Below are positions 38,179 through 48,401 of a stretch of 64,000 bases of DNA, piece by piece. This DNA comes from Treponemataceae bacterium. GTDB lineage: Bacteria > Spirochaetota > Spirochaetia > Treponematales > Rectinemataceae. The position numbers and the translations under genes are program-made. Below the pieces are notes generated by a model. The model had not been told where the DNA came from and ran no database searches. It saw nothing but the letters and a program-made list of their open reading frames with translations. Where the stretch lies: positions 1,504,001 to 1,568,000 of the forward strand of contig CAXXHO010000003.1 of the NCBI GenBank assembly GCA_963667725.2, in the 5' to 3' direction. The number at the start of each line of letters is the position of its first letter. The stretch's first letter is position 1.

Positions 38179-39281
38179 TCGCGCTTGAAAAGGCGGCCCA
38201 GACCGCCATAGAACAGTGTCTGGCCATGAAGGCTGGCGAAAAGCTCCTCATCGTGTCCAATCCCGGCACCGAACAGGCCATGATCGCCGAAGCCCTGAAG
38301 GCCGCCGCGGGAAAAGCTGGCGTTCTGACGACGCTTCTCTACCAGCCTATCAAGACCCAAGGCGACTATGCCGAGGATTTCATCCTCGAGGCGATAGCGT
38401 CCAAACCCGATGTCCTCGCCTCCATTTCCACGGAGAAGCTCGGCAAGGACAAATACCGCATCGCGGCGCCCCTGACCGCTCCCGACGGAAAGAAATACGA
38501 CCATATTTTCCATTATCTGCTCCATGGGACCAAGGAAATGCGCGCCTTCTGGTCGCCGGGCATGACGGTGGACATGTTCACGCGCACCGTGGCCATCGAT
38601 TATTCCCAGATGCGCTCGAGGGCGCTCGCCCTCAAGAAGGTTCTCGACGAGGCGGTCGCGCTCCAGATATCGGCGCCGTCCGGCACCGATATTTTCATCG
38701 GCATCGAGGGCAGGAAGACTTTCATCGACGATGGCGATTTCGGGGAGCCCGGCGCGGGCGGCAACCTTCCTGCCGGGGAAGTCTTCATTTCGCCCGTCGT
38801 CCAATCCGCGGAAGGAACCATCGTGTTCGATGGCTCCATCGCCGATATCGCGGGCGACATCATCATTGAGACACCCATATCCTGCGCCGTATCGGGCGGC
38901 TACGTGATAAGCTGCGAGGGCGCCTTAGAGGCCGAACGTCTGGAAAAAGCCCTGCGCACCGGCATGGACATGGCTTCATCCCTCGTGAAAAAAGGAGGGA
39001 TGAGCCCCGAGGAAGCCCTTCGCTACGCCACGAATGCGAGGCATATAGGGGAATTGGGCATAGGACTCAATGTCGAAGCCACGATAACCGGGAACATGCT
39101 GGAAGACGAGAAGGTCTACGGCACCTGTCATTTCGCCATAGGCTCCAACTATGACGAGGACGCCCCCGCCATGATCCATCTCGATGGTCTCGTGAAACGG
39201 CCGACGATTACCGCGCTCCTGCCGGGCGGAAGAGAAATTACCCTCATGAGGAATGGCGACCTATTTTCATGCGGTGAATGA
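38175..39281 (+). CDS. M29-family (thermophilic metalloprotease-like) aminopeptidase
   Basis: GNLPAGEVF, IGELGIGLN, LEDEKVYGTCHFAIG, IHLD. Confidence 0.85.
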   Translation: MIALEKAAQTAIEQCLAMKAGEKLLIVSNPGTEQAMIAEALKAAAGKAGVLTTLLYQPIKTQGDYAEDFILEAIASKPDVLASISTEKLGKDKYRIAAPLTAPDGKKYDHIFHYLLHGTKEMRAFWSPGMTVDMFTRTVAIDYSQMRSRALALKKVLDEAVALQISAPSGTDIFIGIEGRKTFIDDGDFGEPGAGGNLPAGEVFISPVVQSAEGTIVFDGSIADIAGDIIIETPISCAVSGGYVISCEGALEAERLEKALRTGMDMASSLVKKGGMSPEEALRYATNARHIGELGIGLNVEATITGNMLEDEKVYGTCHFAIGSNYDEDAPAMIHLDGLVKRPTITALLPGGREITLMRNGDLFSCGE

Positions 39282-39300
39282 ATAAGCTATACTCTCCGTC

Positions 39301-40884
39301 ATGGAAAACAAGAAAGCTATGCATTGGGCGGATCAGACCGCCGAAAAGATAATCGCCGAGTGGGGCGATAAGGAAAGCTACACCTGCGCGTCGGGCATCA
39401 CGCCGTCCGGTACCGTGCACGTCGGCAATTTCAGGGAGATGATCTCCGTGGAGCTCGTCGTGAGAGCCCTCCGCGACAGAGGCAAGAAAGTCCGTTTCAT
39501 CTACAGCTGGGACGATTACGATGTGTTCAGGAAAGTGCCCCTCAACATGCCCCAGCCCGAAATGCTCGAAAAATATCTCCGCTTCCCCATCACCATGGTT
39601 CCCGATCCCTGGGGCAGGAACGAATCCTACGCCCGCCACCATGAGGTGGACGTGGAATCCGTGCTCCCAGCCGTCGGCATCTATCCGGAATTCCTCTATC
39701 AGGCCGAGCGCTACCGCTCGGGACTCTACGCCGAGGGCATGAAGCGCGCGCTCGAGATGCGCGAACATCTCAAGACTATTCTCGACAAATACCGCGACGA
39801 CGACCACAAGATCCAAGGCGAATGGTGGCCGGTATCCGTCTTCTGCTCGGCATGCGAAAAGGACACGACGGAGATCGACGGCTGGGACGGCGACTGGGGT
39901 CTCACCTACCACTGCGAGTGCGGCCACAAGGAAACGGGCGATCTCCGGACGCTGAAGGGAGCCAAGCTTGTATGGCGCGTGGACTGGCCCATGCGCTGGA
40001 ACCAGGAACATGTGGATTTCGAGCCCGCCGGCAAGGATCATCATTCCCAGGGCGGTTCCTTCGACACATCGAAGCATGTCGTCGAGGATGTCTACGGCCG
40101 CAGGCCTCCCGTCACCTTCCGCTACGACTTCATCGGCATCAAGGGTTCACCGGGGAAGATGTCCTCATCGAAGGGCAAGGTGGTCGATCTGCCCGATCTG
40201 CTCAGGGTCTATCAGCCCGAGCTCGTGCGCTATCTCTTCGCCGGAACCCGTCCCAACACCGAATTCGTCATCAGCTTCGATCTGGACGTGATCAAGATTT
40301 ACGAGGACTACGACAAGACCGAACGCATTTACTGGGGCGCGGAAAAAGCGAAGGACGAGGATTCCGAAGCCAGGGAGAGGCGAATCTACGAACTGTCCCA
40401 GGTAGGCGCCTTACCCGCCGAGGCTCCCTACCAGGTGCCCTTCAGGCATCTGACCAGCCTGCTTCTCATCCATCAGGGCGACGTAGACCAGGTCCTCGCT
40501 TCCCTTCCCGGCATCAAGCCTTCCCAGGAGGAAGGAATCCGCCGCAGAGCGGCCTGCGCCTGGTATTGGGTCAACGAATGCTCCCCGGAGGATTTCCGCT
40601 TCAGCGTGAAGAAACCCGGCGAGAAGGTCGAGCTCTCCGAAGTCGAACTCGCCGCTGTTAGGCATCTTCGCGACGATGTCGTCTCCAGGCTGGAAAGCTT
40701 CGCCGACGAGAAGGCGGTGGCCGCGGCCATCTACGATGCGGCGACGGCGGCGGGCACCGACGGCAAGACCTTGTTCAAGGCAGCCTACCAGGCTCTCGTC
40801 GGCAAGGACCAGGGTCCCCGGCTCGCCGGATTCCTCGGCACGCTGGGCAAGGAAAAGGTCATGTCAATTCTGGCGCTTTACTGA
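39301..40884 (+). CDS. lysS: Class I lysine--tRNA ligase
   Basis: HWAD, GITPSGTVHVGNFRE, WRVDWPMRW, EPAGKDH, KMSSSKG, DQGPRL. Confidence 0.97.
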   Translation: MENKKAMHWADQTAEKIIAEWGDKESYTCASGITPSGTVHVGNFREMISVELVVRALRDRGKKVRFIYSWDDYDVFRKVPLNMPQPEMLEKYLRFPITMVPDPWGRNESYARHHEVDVESVLPAVGIYPEFLYQAERYRSGLYAEGMKRALEMREHLKTILDKYRDDDHKIQGEWWPVSVFCSACEKDTTEIDGWDGDWGLTYHCECGHKETGDLRTLKGAKLVWRVDWPMRWNQEHVDFEPAGKDHHSQGGSFDTSKHVVEDVYGRRPPVTFRYDFIGIKGSPGKMSSSKGKVVDLPDLLRVYQPELVRYLFAGTRPNTEFVISFDLDVIKIYEDYDKTERIYWGAEKAKDEDSEARERRIYELSQVGALPAEAPYQVPFRHLTSLLLIHQGDVDQVLASLPGIKPSQEEGIRRRAACAWYWVNECSPEDFRFSVKKPGEKVELSEVELAAVRHLRDDVVSRLESFADEKAVAAAIYDAATAAGTDGKTLFKAAYQALVGKDQGPRLAGFLGTLGKEKVMSILALY

Positions 40885-40905
40885 ACACCGAGCTGTACAA
40901 AATAG

Positions 40906-40936
40906 AAAAGACGGCCATCACGGCCGTCTTTTTTTT
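40906..40936. terminator. Bidirectional intrinsic terminator between lysS and the nitroreductase
   Basis: aaaagacggcc / ggccgtctttt plus a long T run. Confidence 0.85.
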
Positions 40937-40963
40937 GCTTACGATGGTATGGACGCCGGGAAT

Positions 40964-41746
40964 TCAGCGCCAGTCCTTCAGCATGGAAGCGACGCTCCTG
41001 CGCATTTCGACGCTGTAATCGGCCGCGAATTTGCGGGCATACAGGGACTGGCCTACGTTTTCGGCGCCGTTTTGGGGGAGGAAGTTCCCGTAGCCCGGGC
41101 CTGTATACAAGGACATCAACGCTTCGTCCGAAGGCAAGGCGTAACGGTTTTTCCGGACCACCAGTTCCCGGGGAAGACGGGCCGGCTGAGGTCTGCGGGT
41201 CTGCTGCTCCGTCGGGTACCCGAGGCAGAGCATCGTAACCGGAAAAGTGTATCGCGGAAGACTAAGCAGGTCGCGGTGTATTTCCCAGTTCTCCATGACA
41301 TCGCCTATGTAGCAGGAGCCGAGGCCGAGGCTTTCGGCCGCGCAGACCGTAGTCTGCGCGGCGATGAGGGCGTCGCAGCAGGCGAGAAACAGGTCGGACT
41401 CCTGGGGCGAGAGAAGGGGTTTCCCCTCGCGCATGCATGTATCGCCCACGCCGCTCTTTTCGAAAAAGGCCATCATCCTCGCGTAGTCCGCAAGGAAAAC
41501 CAGAACCCAGGGCGCTCGGGCGATGAAAGGCTGGTCGTCGCAGGTCACCGCGAGCCTCTCCTTCAGGGCTTGATCTTCGATGTCCAGGACCGTGTACAGC
41601 ATCAAGTTGCCCGCCGTGGGAGCCCTCAGCGTGGCCGCCAGGATCTTGTCCTTGATTTCCCCGGGAATAGGCCTGTCGTCGTAGGCTCTCACGGAGCGTC
41701 TCTCCAAGAACACTTTCGAAAAATCCATATTGATCTCCACGGTCAT
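40964..41746 (-). CDS. Nitroreductase family (NfsA/FRP-like) flavoprotein
   Basis: ERRSVRAY, APTAGN, DALIAAQ, AESLGLGSCYIG, LGYP...RLP. Confidence 0.92.
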   Translation of the reverse strand: MTVEINMDFSKVFLERRSVRAYDDRPIPGEIKDKILAATLRAPTAGNLMLYTVLDIEDQALKERLAVTCDDQPFIARAPWVLVFLADYARMMAFFEKSGVGDTCMREGKPLLSPQESDLFLACCDALIAAQTTVCAAESLGLGSCYIGDVMENWEIHRDLLSLPRYTFPVTMLCLGYPTEQQTRRPQPARLPRELVVRKNRYALPSDEALMSLYTGPGYGNFLPQNGAENVGQSLYARKFAADYSVEMRRSVASMLKDWR

Positions 41747-43551
41747 AGTAATTCAGCCACCAGGCTCTCGAATTCTTCGGTCTGGCGCGTAAAGACAGAA
41801 AGCGCCGAAAGCCAGAATTCGGGTTTCTCGATATCGAATCCGGCCTTTTTCGTCACGTCCACCGCCGACGCCGTCCCCGTTTCGGCAAGGAGTTCCCTGT
41901 AGGAGCGCGCGAAGTCCGGGCCTTCCGCCTTGTAGCGCTCGTAGAGTCCCAGTCCGAAGAGCTGCCCGAAGGCATAGGGGAAGTTATAGAAGGAAAGCGA
42001 GGGAATGTAGTAATGCCCCTTCACCGCCCACATGTAGGGATGGAGCTTTTCAGGGTCCAGACCGTCGCCGTAGGTTCTGTTCTGGGCGTCCAGCATCATC
42101 GAACAGTATTGTTCCGAACTCAATTCGCCGGTCTTCCGCTGGGCGAAGATCGCTTTCTCGAAATAGAAACGCGAGAGGATATCGACGATGACCTGGCAGC
42201 CGTCCTGGAGATGCATCTCGACGAGGGGCAGGCGCTCGGCGGGGCTTGCGGAGGCGAGCGCGGCTTCCGACACGATGGTCTCGGCGAAGATGGAAGCGGT
42301 CTCGGCCAGGGTCATTGGGTATTGGGTGAGCGCGTAGGGTTTGTCGATGATGCACTCATGGTGCCAGGCGTGGCCAAGCTCGTGCGCCACCGTGCTCACC
42401 GAAGAAAAGCTTCCGTCGAAGTTACACAGCACGCGGGCCGCCTTGGCGCTGGGAAAATCGGTGCAGTATGCTCCCCCCACCTTTCCTTCCCTGGGCTGGG
42501 CGTCGATCCAGTTCGAGTCGAAGGCCCTGGCCGCGAAGGCGCCCATGGCCGGATCGAAGGAGGAGAATTTGTCGCGGACGAAATTTCGCGTCGCTTCCCA
42601 GCCGAAAGTTGGCAGCGGAACGCCTTTCTTCTCCACGGGCGCGAACAGGTCGAAGAAGGCGAGCCGGGGCTGGCCGAGGGCCTTGGCCTTGGCCTTGAGA
42701 TAGCGCCTCCAAGTAGGCAGCGAGGATTCCATCGCCGAGATCAGGGCGTCGAGGGTCGCCGCGCTGATGCGCGCTTGGGCCATGGATTTTTCCAGGGCAT
42801 CTTTCCAGCCGCGCCGGGCGTTGAGTGAATTCGTGGCGCCCTTAACGCCGTTGAGGGCGGCCGCCATGGGAATTTCGACCGATTTCCATGCCGCGAGCTC
42901 GAGGTTGTAGGCCTTTTCGCGCATGGTCCTGTCGGGATTGAAAGCCAAGTTCCGCAGCTCGATGACCGTCTTCTTCTCAGCCTTCGCTTCATCCCATACG
43001 ACGGAGGTATTCGAGCTCACCGATTCCTGGAGCCTGGACCAGGCGTCAGCGCCGCAGCGGCCTAGATCCTCGGCAAGGTCTTCAAGCTCGGGGGCCATCT
43101 GCCTGGACTGGAAAAACAGCTCTTCGCGGACATGGAAGGCATAGGGAGCCAGTTCAGGATCGTGAGCGAGCGCCGTTTCGAGGGCGTCTTTCCTAGCGGC
43201 GAGGGCGTTTTTGTATAGGACATCGGCTTTCTTGGCCGGAAGCATGAGTTCTTCGACGGCATTGAGTTCGGAAAGAGCGGCCTGATCGCGGGTCGCCGTG
43301 CTGAAACGCGCGTAGGCGTAGGCTGAAAGCGTTTCAAAGAGGGAACCCATCTCATCGTTGAGGGCCAGCGCTTTCCTGAGCCAAGCGGCGACGTCTTCGC
43401 CTGGAGCGACACTGGCGCTCACCTCGTAGAATCCGACGGCTTCCGCCGCGAGGGCCGAGGCCTTCGTCTTCGCGGCGCGATATTCGTCCGAATCGAAGCC
43501 CGGGAAAATCGGGGTCAAATCCCATGTGGGAAGTCTTTCAGATCCAGCCAT
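41743..43551 (-). CDS. M3B oligoendopeptidase F family
   Basis: WDL..IF, GKVGGAYC, AHELGHAWH, LAETASIF, FYNFPYAFG. Confidence 0.93.
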   Translation of the reverse strand: MAGSERLPTWDLTPIFPGFDSDEYRAAKTKASALAAEAVGFYEVSASVAPGEDVAAWLRKALALNDEMGSLFETLSAYAYARFSTATRDQAALSELNAVEELMLPAKKADVLYKNALAARKDALETALAHDPELAPYAFHVREELFFQSRQMAPELEDLAEDLGRCGADAWSRLQESVSSNTSVVWDEAKAEKKTVIELRNLAFNPDRTMREKAYNLELAAWKSVEIPMAAALNGVKGATNSLNARRGWKDALEKSMAQARISAATLDALISAMESSLPTWRRYLKAKAKALGQPRLAFFDLFAPVEKKGVPLPTFGWEATRNFVRDKFSSFDPAMGAFAARAFDSNWIDAQPREGKVGGAYCTDFPSAKAARVLCNFDGSFSSVSTVAHELGHAWHHECIIDKPYALTQYPMTLAETASIFAETIVSEAALASASPAERLPLVEMHLQDGCQVIVDILSRFYFEKAIFAQRKTGELSSEQYCSMMLDAQNRTYGDGLDPEKLHPYMWAVKGHYYIPSLSFYNFPYAFGQLFGLGLYERYKAEGPDFARSYRELLAETGTASAVDVTKKAGFDIEKPEFWLSALSVFTRQTEEFESLVAELL

Positions 43552-43987
43552 TGTTTCCGTCCTTCCAGCCGATGAGTTCCTCCGGCTTGAAAAATAATTT
43601 TATTTCCCGCCTCGCCGATTCGGGCGAATCAGAGGCATGGATGATATTGAGGTTCGTGTGCATGGCGAAGTCTCCCCTGATCGTGCCGGGAGCGGCTTCC
43701 TCGGGTTTGGTCGAACCGCAGAGTTTCCGCAGCAGGGCGATGGCATTGTCGCCCTCCAGGACCATGGCGACCACCGGTCCGGAACAGATGTAGTCCACGA
43801 GTTCGCCGAAGAAGGCTTTCGCTTTATGCTCGGCATAGTGTTCCTCGGCGAGCGTCCGGGGGATGCTCATGAGTTTCATGCCCACGATATCGAGGCCTTT
43901 GCGCTCGATCCGCGAGATTATCTCGCCCGCGATGCGACGCGAGAGGATTCCGGGCTTCAGCATGGTGAAAGTTCTTTCGATGGCCAT
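43538..43987 (-). CDS. ndk: Nucleoside diphosphate kinase
   Basis: ERTFTMLKP, HYAEH, PGTIRGDF, NIIHASDS. Confidence 0.97.
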   Translation of the reverse strand: MAIERTFTMLKPGILSRRIAGEIISRIERKGLDIVGMKLMSIPRTLAEEHYAEHKAKAFFGELVDYICSGPVVAMVLEGDNAIALLRKLCGSTKPEEAAPGTIRGDFAMHTNLNIIHASDSPESARREIKLFFKPEELIGWKDGNNGWI

Positions 43988-44099
43988 TGTCTCTCCTCCT
44001 CATCATCCTAGCATCCCCGGCCGAAAGATTCCAGAAAGAAAGGATTGGCTTCCCAAATAGTTGCCGCGCGGCCTCCGGCGCGGCATACTTAATCTATCG

Positions 44100-45176
44100 A
44101 TGAATATTGAATTCCATTACTATGCCCTGCACTATCTTTCCCGATGCGCGGGTTTCAACGAAAATGACGCCTCCACCATCGCCATCTCGAGCCAGATGGT
44201 CGACGAGTGCATCGCGCCCTGGGAGGTTTCTGGAAGGAACCCAGGCTCGAGTCCGGGAGGCAGCGCGGGATCGATTGCCGGGAGTGGCGCGAGATCGGCC
44301 GCAGGAAGCGGCGCCAGAGGCAGGCGGCTTACACAGGTTACGCAGAATTATGTGTTCTGGGACGAAACCGTGGCCAGGGATATTTACAGGCCTTTTCACT
44401 TCATACCCGGCGACGCGCGGCTGGCGTCGGCCAGACGAGTCGACGGCCGCGCGGGACGTTTCGTGGTGACGGAGGATTCGCCCCTATCGAGGGAGATTCT
44501 CATCGCGGCGCTGAAGACGAAGGATCTGTTCAGGATCGGCATCGCCCTGCATGCTTACGCCGACACATGGGCGCACCAGAATTTCTCGGGCGATTCGGAA
44601 GCGCAGAATGCCCTGGACCCCTCGTCGCCCATCCCGGCCGCCGGCCATCTGCACGCCCTGAAGAGTCCCGACGTGCCGCGGCTAGTCTGGCAGGATCAGC
44701 GCCTGAGAGAGGATTTTCGCGGCGTCAGCAACGCGGCGAGGTTCGCGAAGGCCGCGTCGATGATCTACCGCTTTCTGTGCACCTACAACCGGCGGAAATT
44801 CGACGACGAAGTTTTCGTGGTGGGCAGGCTTGAGGAATTGTGGAACGGCAGGGGGGCGGCAGGAGATAGCGCCGCCCGCGCGTCGGACTACATCGTGGAC
44901 TTCGACGTGCCGCCCTATGAGGGCGAAGCCTGGGCGAAGCGCGCGGGCGGCGCGGCCAACGGCATCCTCCAGGCGCCGGATCCCTACAGGTCAGGCTATG
45001 ACCGACTCGCCTGGCTGAAGAACGCGGCCACGAAAGCCTCCTCCGCCTTCGGATCGACGAGGGGACGCGTCCCGGAATCCGGCTTCGAGGATTCGGCATT
45101 CGCGTTTTGGAACAGGGCAGCGCGGGATCACCGGCGACTCTGCCGATCATTATTCGAGCAACGAGGTATCGCATGA
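44100..45176 (+). CDS. Conserved hypothetical protein (DUF6765-like), putative metal-binding hydrolase
   Basis: MNIEFHYYA...AGF, SQMVD, FHFIPG, IGIALHAYADTWAHQNF, GH.HA. Confidence 0.7.
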   Translation: MNIEFHYYALHYLSRCAGFNENDASTIAISSQMVDECIAPWEVSGRNPGSSPGGSAGSIAGSGARSAAGSGARGRRLTQVTQNYVFWDETVARDIYRPFHFIPGDARLASARRVDGRAGRFVVTEDSPLSREILIAALKTKDLFRIGIALHAYADTWAHQNFSGDSEAQNALDPSSPIPAAGHLHALKSPDVPRLVWQDQRLREDFRGVSNAARFAKAASMIYRFLCTYNRRKFDDEVFVVGRLEELWNGRGAAGDSAARASDYIVDFDVPPYEGEAWAKRAGGAANGILQAPDPYRSGYDRLAWLKNAATKASSAFGSTRGRVPESGFEDSAFAFWNRAARDHRRLCRSLFEQRGIA

Positions 45177-46207
45177 TTTTTTTCCACCGCCGACGTCTAA
45201 ATTCCATCTTTCCGCTAACGATCGCGCTAGCCATCGCCCTTCTCGCCGGCTGCGCGACGATTCCCGAGGAAGTGTACAAAACGGAACCCTCGACCCACCT
45301 GGAAGTCACCCCCCAAGTTTATATCCGGCTTTCGGGGAGAGCGCTGCGCGACATCACCCAAGGCATTGAAGACGAAGAAATGAACGCTATAGCCACCGCC
45401 ATTGCCAGGAATGGCGCGAATGGGGTTGGAGGAGCGGCTGACAGCCGATCTTCGGGCAAGAATTCCGCGACTAAGGTTGACACGTCCATGCTCGAGAATT
45501 TCGTCTATAGGACAAGAACCTTCGGAGCGGGCATCAGGGGAATCGGAACCGCTGCTCCAACCATGGAAGCGGTCTTCATCGGGGATTTCCCGGTCATCTC
45601 GGTAAGGCTGGCCATGGCCATGGATTCCAACTGGCGAAGAATGGATGATGGCGGCTACAAATCCGTCAACAATCCGATCTACATCAGACCCCTGCAGCCC
45701 GGCCTCATCCACGCGGCTACATCCGAAATCCCACCCTACGTGGGATACGTGGATATCGAAGCCTACCCGAAGAACTTCGCCGAACTCTCCCGATCGGACA
45801 TATTCATAGCCGCCAATTACCCATCGGCCTTTTTCGCCGGCTCCCTTCCCATGGAAGCGGCTTCCATTCCCATAGGCGCGATCGTCGTAACCGGACGCTT
45901 TTCGGACAAGACAGGCATGGCGGCCTATCAAGCTTCCCAAAAGGAAACCGGCGGCGCCCCCAAAGGCCCAGAACCCCGATACATCCTCGATATCCATATG
46001 CTGATGAAAGATGAGGCCACGGCGAAGGCCTATAAACCTGTTGTAAAGTTCCTTTGGACGGCGGCCGCCGGAAAACTGTTCCAGGGAAACGTGGATTTGA
46101 GCGCTTCGCCACTCACGCTGGAAAACGACAGTTATGTGGTGAGGAATATCGAGATGGACGCTACCGCGCTTCGATCGGTGCTCGTCACATCGCTTCTGGC
46201 TCCATGA
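45173..46207 (+). CDS. Putative lipoprotein
   Basis: ATGA overlap with the upstream gene. Basic N-terminus, hydrophobic stretch and lipobox LLAG-C. Confidence 0.78.
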   Translation: MIFFHRRRLNSIFPLTIALAIALLAGCATIPEEVYKTEPSTHLEVTPQVYIRLSGRALRDITQGIEDEEMNAIATAIARNGANGVGGAADSRSSGKNSATKVDTSMLENFVYRTRTFGAGIRGIGTAAPTMEAVFIGDFPVISVRLAMAMDSNWRRMDDGGYKSVNNPIYIRPLQPGLIHAATSEIPPYVGYVDIEAYPKNFAELSRSDIFIAANYPSAFFAGSLPMEAASIPIGAIVVTGRFSDKTGMAAYQASQKETGGAPKGPEPRYILDIHMLMKDEATAKAYKPVVKFLWTAAAGKLFQGNVDLSASPLTLENDSYVVRNIEMDATALRSVLVTSLLAP

Positions 46208-46220
46208 GCGGTCAGGTGAA

Positions 46221-47642
46221 TCAATTGCCCTGGCTTCTCTCGTAAGGCAGCGATCCGGCGGGAGCCGGTTTTGCCTTGGCAAAAGCCGCCATGAGATCGA
46301 CAAGAGCCTGAGGCAGCGGATAGTCGGGATTCGTGAAGGAATCGTAGTTTTCCTTCTCCGTGTTCACCTGCTTGAGGGCGTAATTCATCGAAGGGATGAC
46401 GCGGGCGGCGGCCCCGGGCCTAGCGTCGAGGAGCCTCTCGAAGGCCGCCCGCGGCACCTGTAGATCGGCCGAACCGTAAATAAAGAGAACGGGCGCCCTC
46501 ACCTTGGCCAGTTCCGCCGCCGGGCTGAATCTCAGCCAGGAGGCCAGCCATCCGAGGCGGGGGCTCGCGAAAAAATCCGAAAGCGCGCCCGAGGGCGCTG
46601 GAAAGGACTTCCCGGCCAGCAGCGCCTCCACGATCGCCTCGGCCTCGGCCCTCGTCGCTTCATCGAGTTCGCCGAGGGAAGTCCTGAGATCTTCCAGCGG
46701 CTCCCGGCCCGAACTGTCCAAAACCAGAAGCCCGTCAATGACGAATCCTTCTTTCGACAGCAGGTTGGCCGCGGCCGCTCCCACCCATGCTCCCTCGTTC
46801 ATCCCCGCGACGACGATCCTGGAGAACCCATCCATGCCGCCGAGCAGCTTCAAAGCCTGGACGGCATCGAGGACATGTTCCGTCAGGCTTGCCGTCACGC
46901 CATGGCGCTCGAGCATGTACGACTCCCCAGAGCCCCGCTTGTCGTACCGGTAGGAAGCGACGCCCTTCGCCGCCAAGGCCCCTGCCAGCTTGGCCAGACT
47001 GTCCGATTTCCCGGGAACGTTGTAATTATTGCCGTTTCTGTCGGTCGTTCCGGCTCCCGCGAGGAGGAGGACGAGTGGCTCTTGCGGCTGACTGGATTCC
47101 GGCAGGAGCAGCGTGCCAGGAAGAAGGCCGTCCTCGGTGGGGATGGATAGGGCTGTCTCGTCCCGATCAGGCGCCGGGGCAGTCTTGGTAAGTTTGAAGG
47201 AACCTTTCCATGACGCGGATTTGGCCGTGCCGATGATAGCGCCGCCCGTGGCCGAGGCGTAGAATCCCTCGAAGACTAGCTCCTCATCGGGGCCGAGGGC
47301 ATCGAGGGAGAAATGAATTCTTCCTTCGCTCCAGCTCACATCGTCGAGAGGGTAGCCGAACATCGACTGTTCGGGAATGTCCATCAGGGCTCCCTGACCT
47401 TTCGCCAGGATTTTCAGCCTGAGGCTCGAGGCAAGAGAGCCCTGCCCTTCCTCTCCCCCCTGCCCCCCGATCCCCGCCGCGCCGGCTAGGGCGGCCTTGC
47501 GTATCGCAAGGCCGCCTTCCCATACTCCTTCTGAGATGCTTTTTTTCTGAGTGTCGGGCTCGGGGCTCAAGGCATGGGATGTCGGACCGCCCAAGGCGAA
47601 TGCCAGGAAGAAGACTATGGCTGTGGCAAAAATACGCTTCAT
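46221..47642 (-). CDS. Secreted alpha/beta-hydrolase-fold protein with altered catalytic residues
   Basis: Signal peptide. LPGTLLLP, AGAGTTDRNGN, RYDKRG, AGMNEG, YGSADLQV, MNYALK. Confidence 0.8.
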   Translation of the reverse strand: MKRIFATAIVFFLAFALGGPTSHALSPEPDTQKKSISEGVWEGGLAIRKAALAGAAGIGGQGGEEGQGSLASSLRLKILAKGQGALMDIPEQSMFGYPLDDVSWSEGRIHFSLDALGPDEELVFEGFYASATGGAIIGTAKSASWKGSFKLTKTAPAPDRDETALSIPTEDGLLPGTLLLPESSQPQEPLVLLLAGAGTTDRNGNNYNVPGKSDSLAKLAGALAAKGVASYRYDKRGSGESYMLERHGVTASLTEHVLDAVQALKLLGGMDGFSRIVVAGMNEGAWVGAAAANLLSKEGFVIDGLLVLDSSGREPLEDLRTSLGELDEATRAEAEAIVEALLAGKSFPAPSGALSDFFASPRLGWLASWLRFSPAAELAKVRAPVLFIYGSADLQVPRAAFERLLDARPGAAARVIPSMNYALKQVNTEKENYDSFTNPDYPLPQALVDLMAAFAKAKPAPAGSLPYERSQGN

Positions 47643-47653
47643 GATGACTCCGC

Positions 47654-48283
47654 CTAAGCTCTCAGGGCCTCCGAGAACCTTTCGTAGACGGAATCAGGAG
47701 ACCCCGAGCCGTCGATGGTCACAAGACGATCCAGGCTGCCGTACCATCGAATGAGCGGCTCGGTCTGGTCCCTGTAGGCCGCCAGTCTGGTCTTGATCGA
47801 CTCGTCGCGGTCGTCCGATCTGGTATACAGCAGGCCGCCGCACGCGTCACAGACGCCTTCTTTCACCGGAGGCAAATTGGAAATATGGTAGATCTTTCCG
47901 CAGTCCCTGCAGACTCTTCGTCCGGTGAGGCGAAACAGAATCATCTCGTCTTGGACATCGAAATTGACGACGAGATCCACCTTGTCGATCGATTGGAGCG
48001 CCTCGGCCTGTACGACAGTCCGGGGGAATCCGTCCAGAATCCAGCCATTCTTCGCGTCGGCCAGAGAAAGCCTCTCTTTCACGAGCGAGATCGTCAAGTC
48101 GTCCGGCACGAGACTGCCTTCCGCCAGTATGCTTTTCACTTTCTTGCCAAGCTCGGTCTCGTTCTTGATGGCCGCCCGGAAGAGATCGCCGGTGGATATA
48201 TGGGGAACACCCAGTTTTTTGGAAGCCATTGCCGCGAGTGTGCCCTTACCAGCCCCCGGAGGGCCCAAGAATACCATTTTCAT
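47654..48283 (-). CDS. adk: Adenylate kinase (Zn-LID type)
   Basis: FLGPPGAGKGT, HISTGDLFR, ILDGFPRT, CRDC...CDAC. Confidence 0.97.
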   Translation of the reverse strand: MKMVFLGPPGAGKGTLAAMASKKLGVPHISTGDLFRAAIKNETELGKKVKSILAEGSLVPDDLTISLVKERLSLADAKNGWILDGFPRTVVQAEALQSIDKVDLVVNFDVQDEMILFRLTGRRVCRDCGKIYHISNLPPVKEGVCDACGGLLYTRSDDRDESIKTRLAAYRDQTEPLIRWYGSLDRLVTIDGSGSPDSVYERFSEALRA

Positions 48284-48401
48284 GCCGAATACGCTCCAAT
48301 ATTGATTTCTATCGAACAAGAATATCCCTTGGAAAGGTTTAAGTAAACTGGCCTCGATCCGGCCGGAACGCGCGCTCCAGCAAGTTCGCGCTCCAGCGAG
48401 C

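Noticed and set aside
39301..40884. Class I LysRS alongside a class II LysRS-like gene as an anomaly
   Set aside because: Class I LysRS is normal in many spirochaetes, and the class II-like gene is EpmA.
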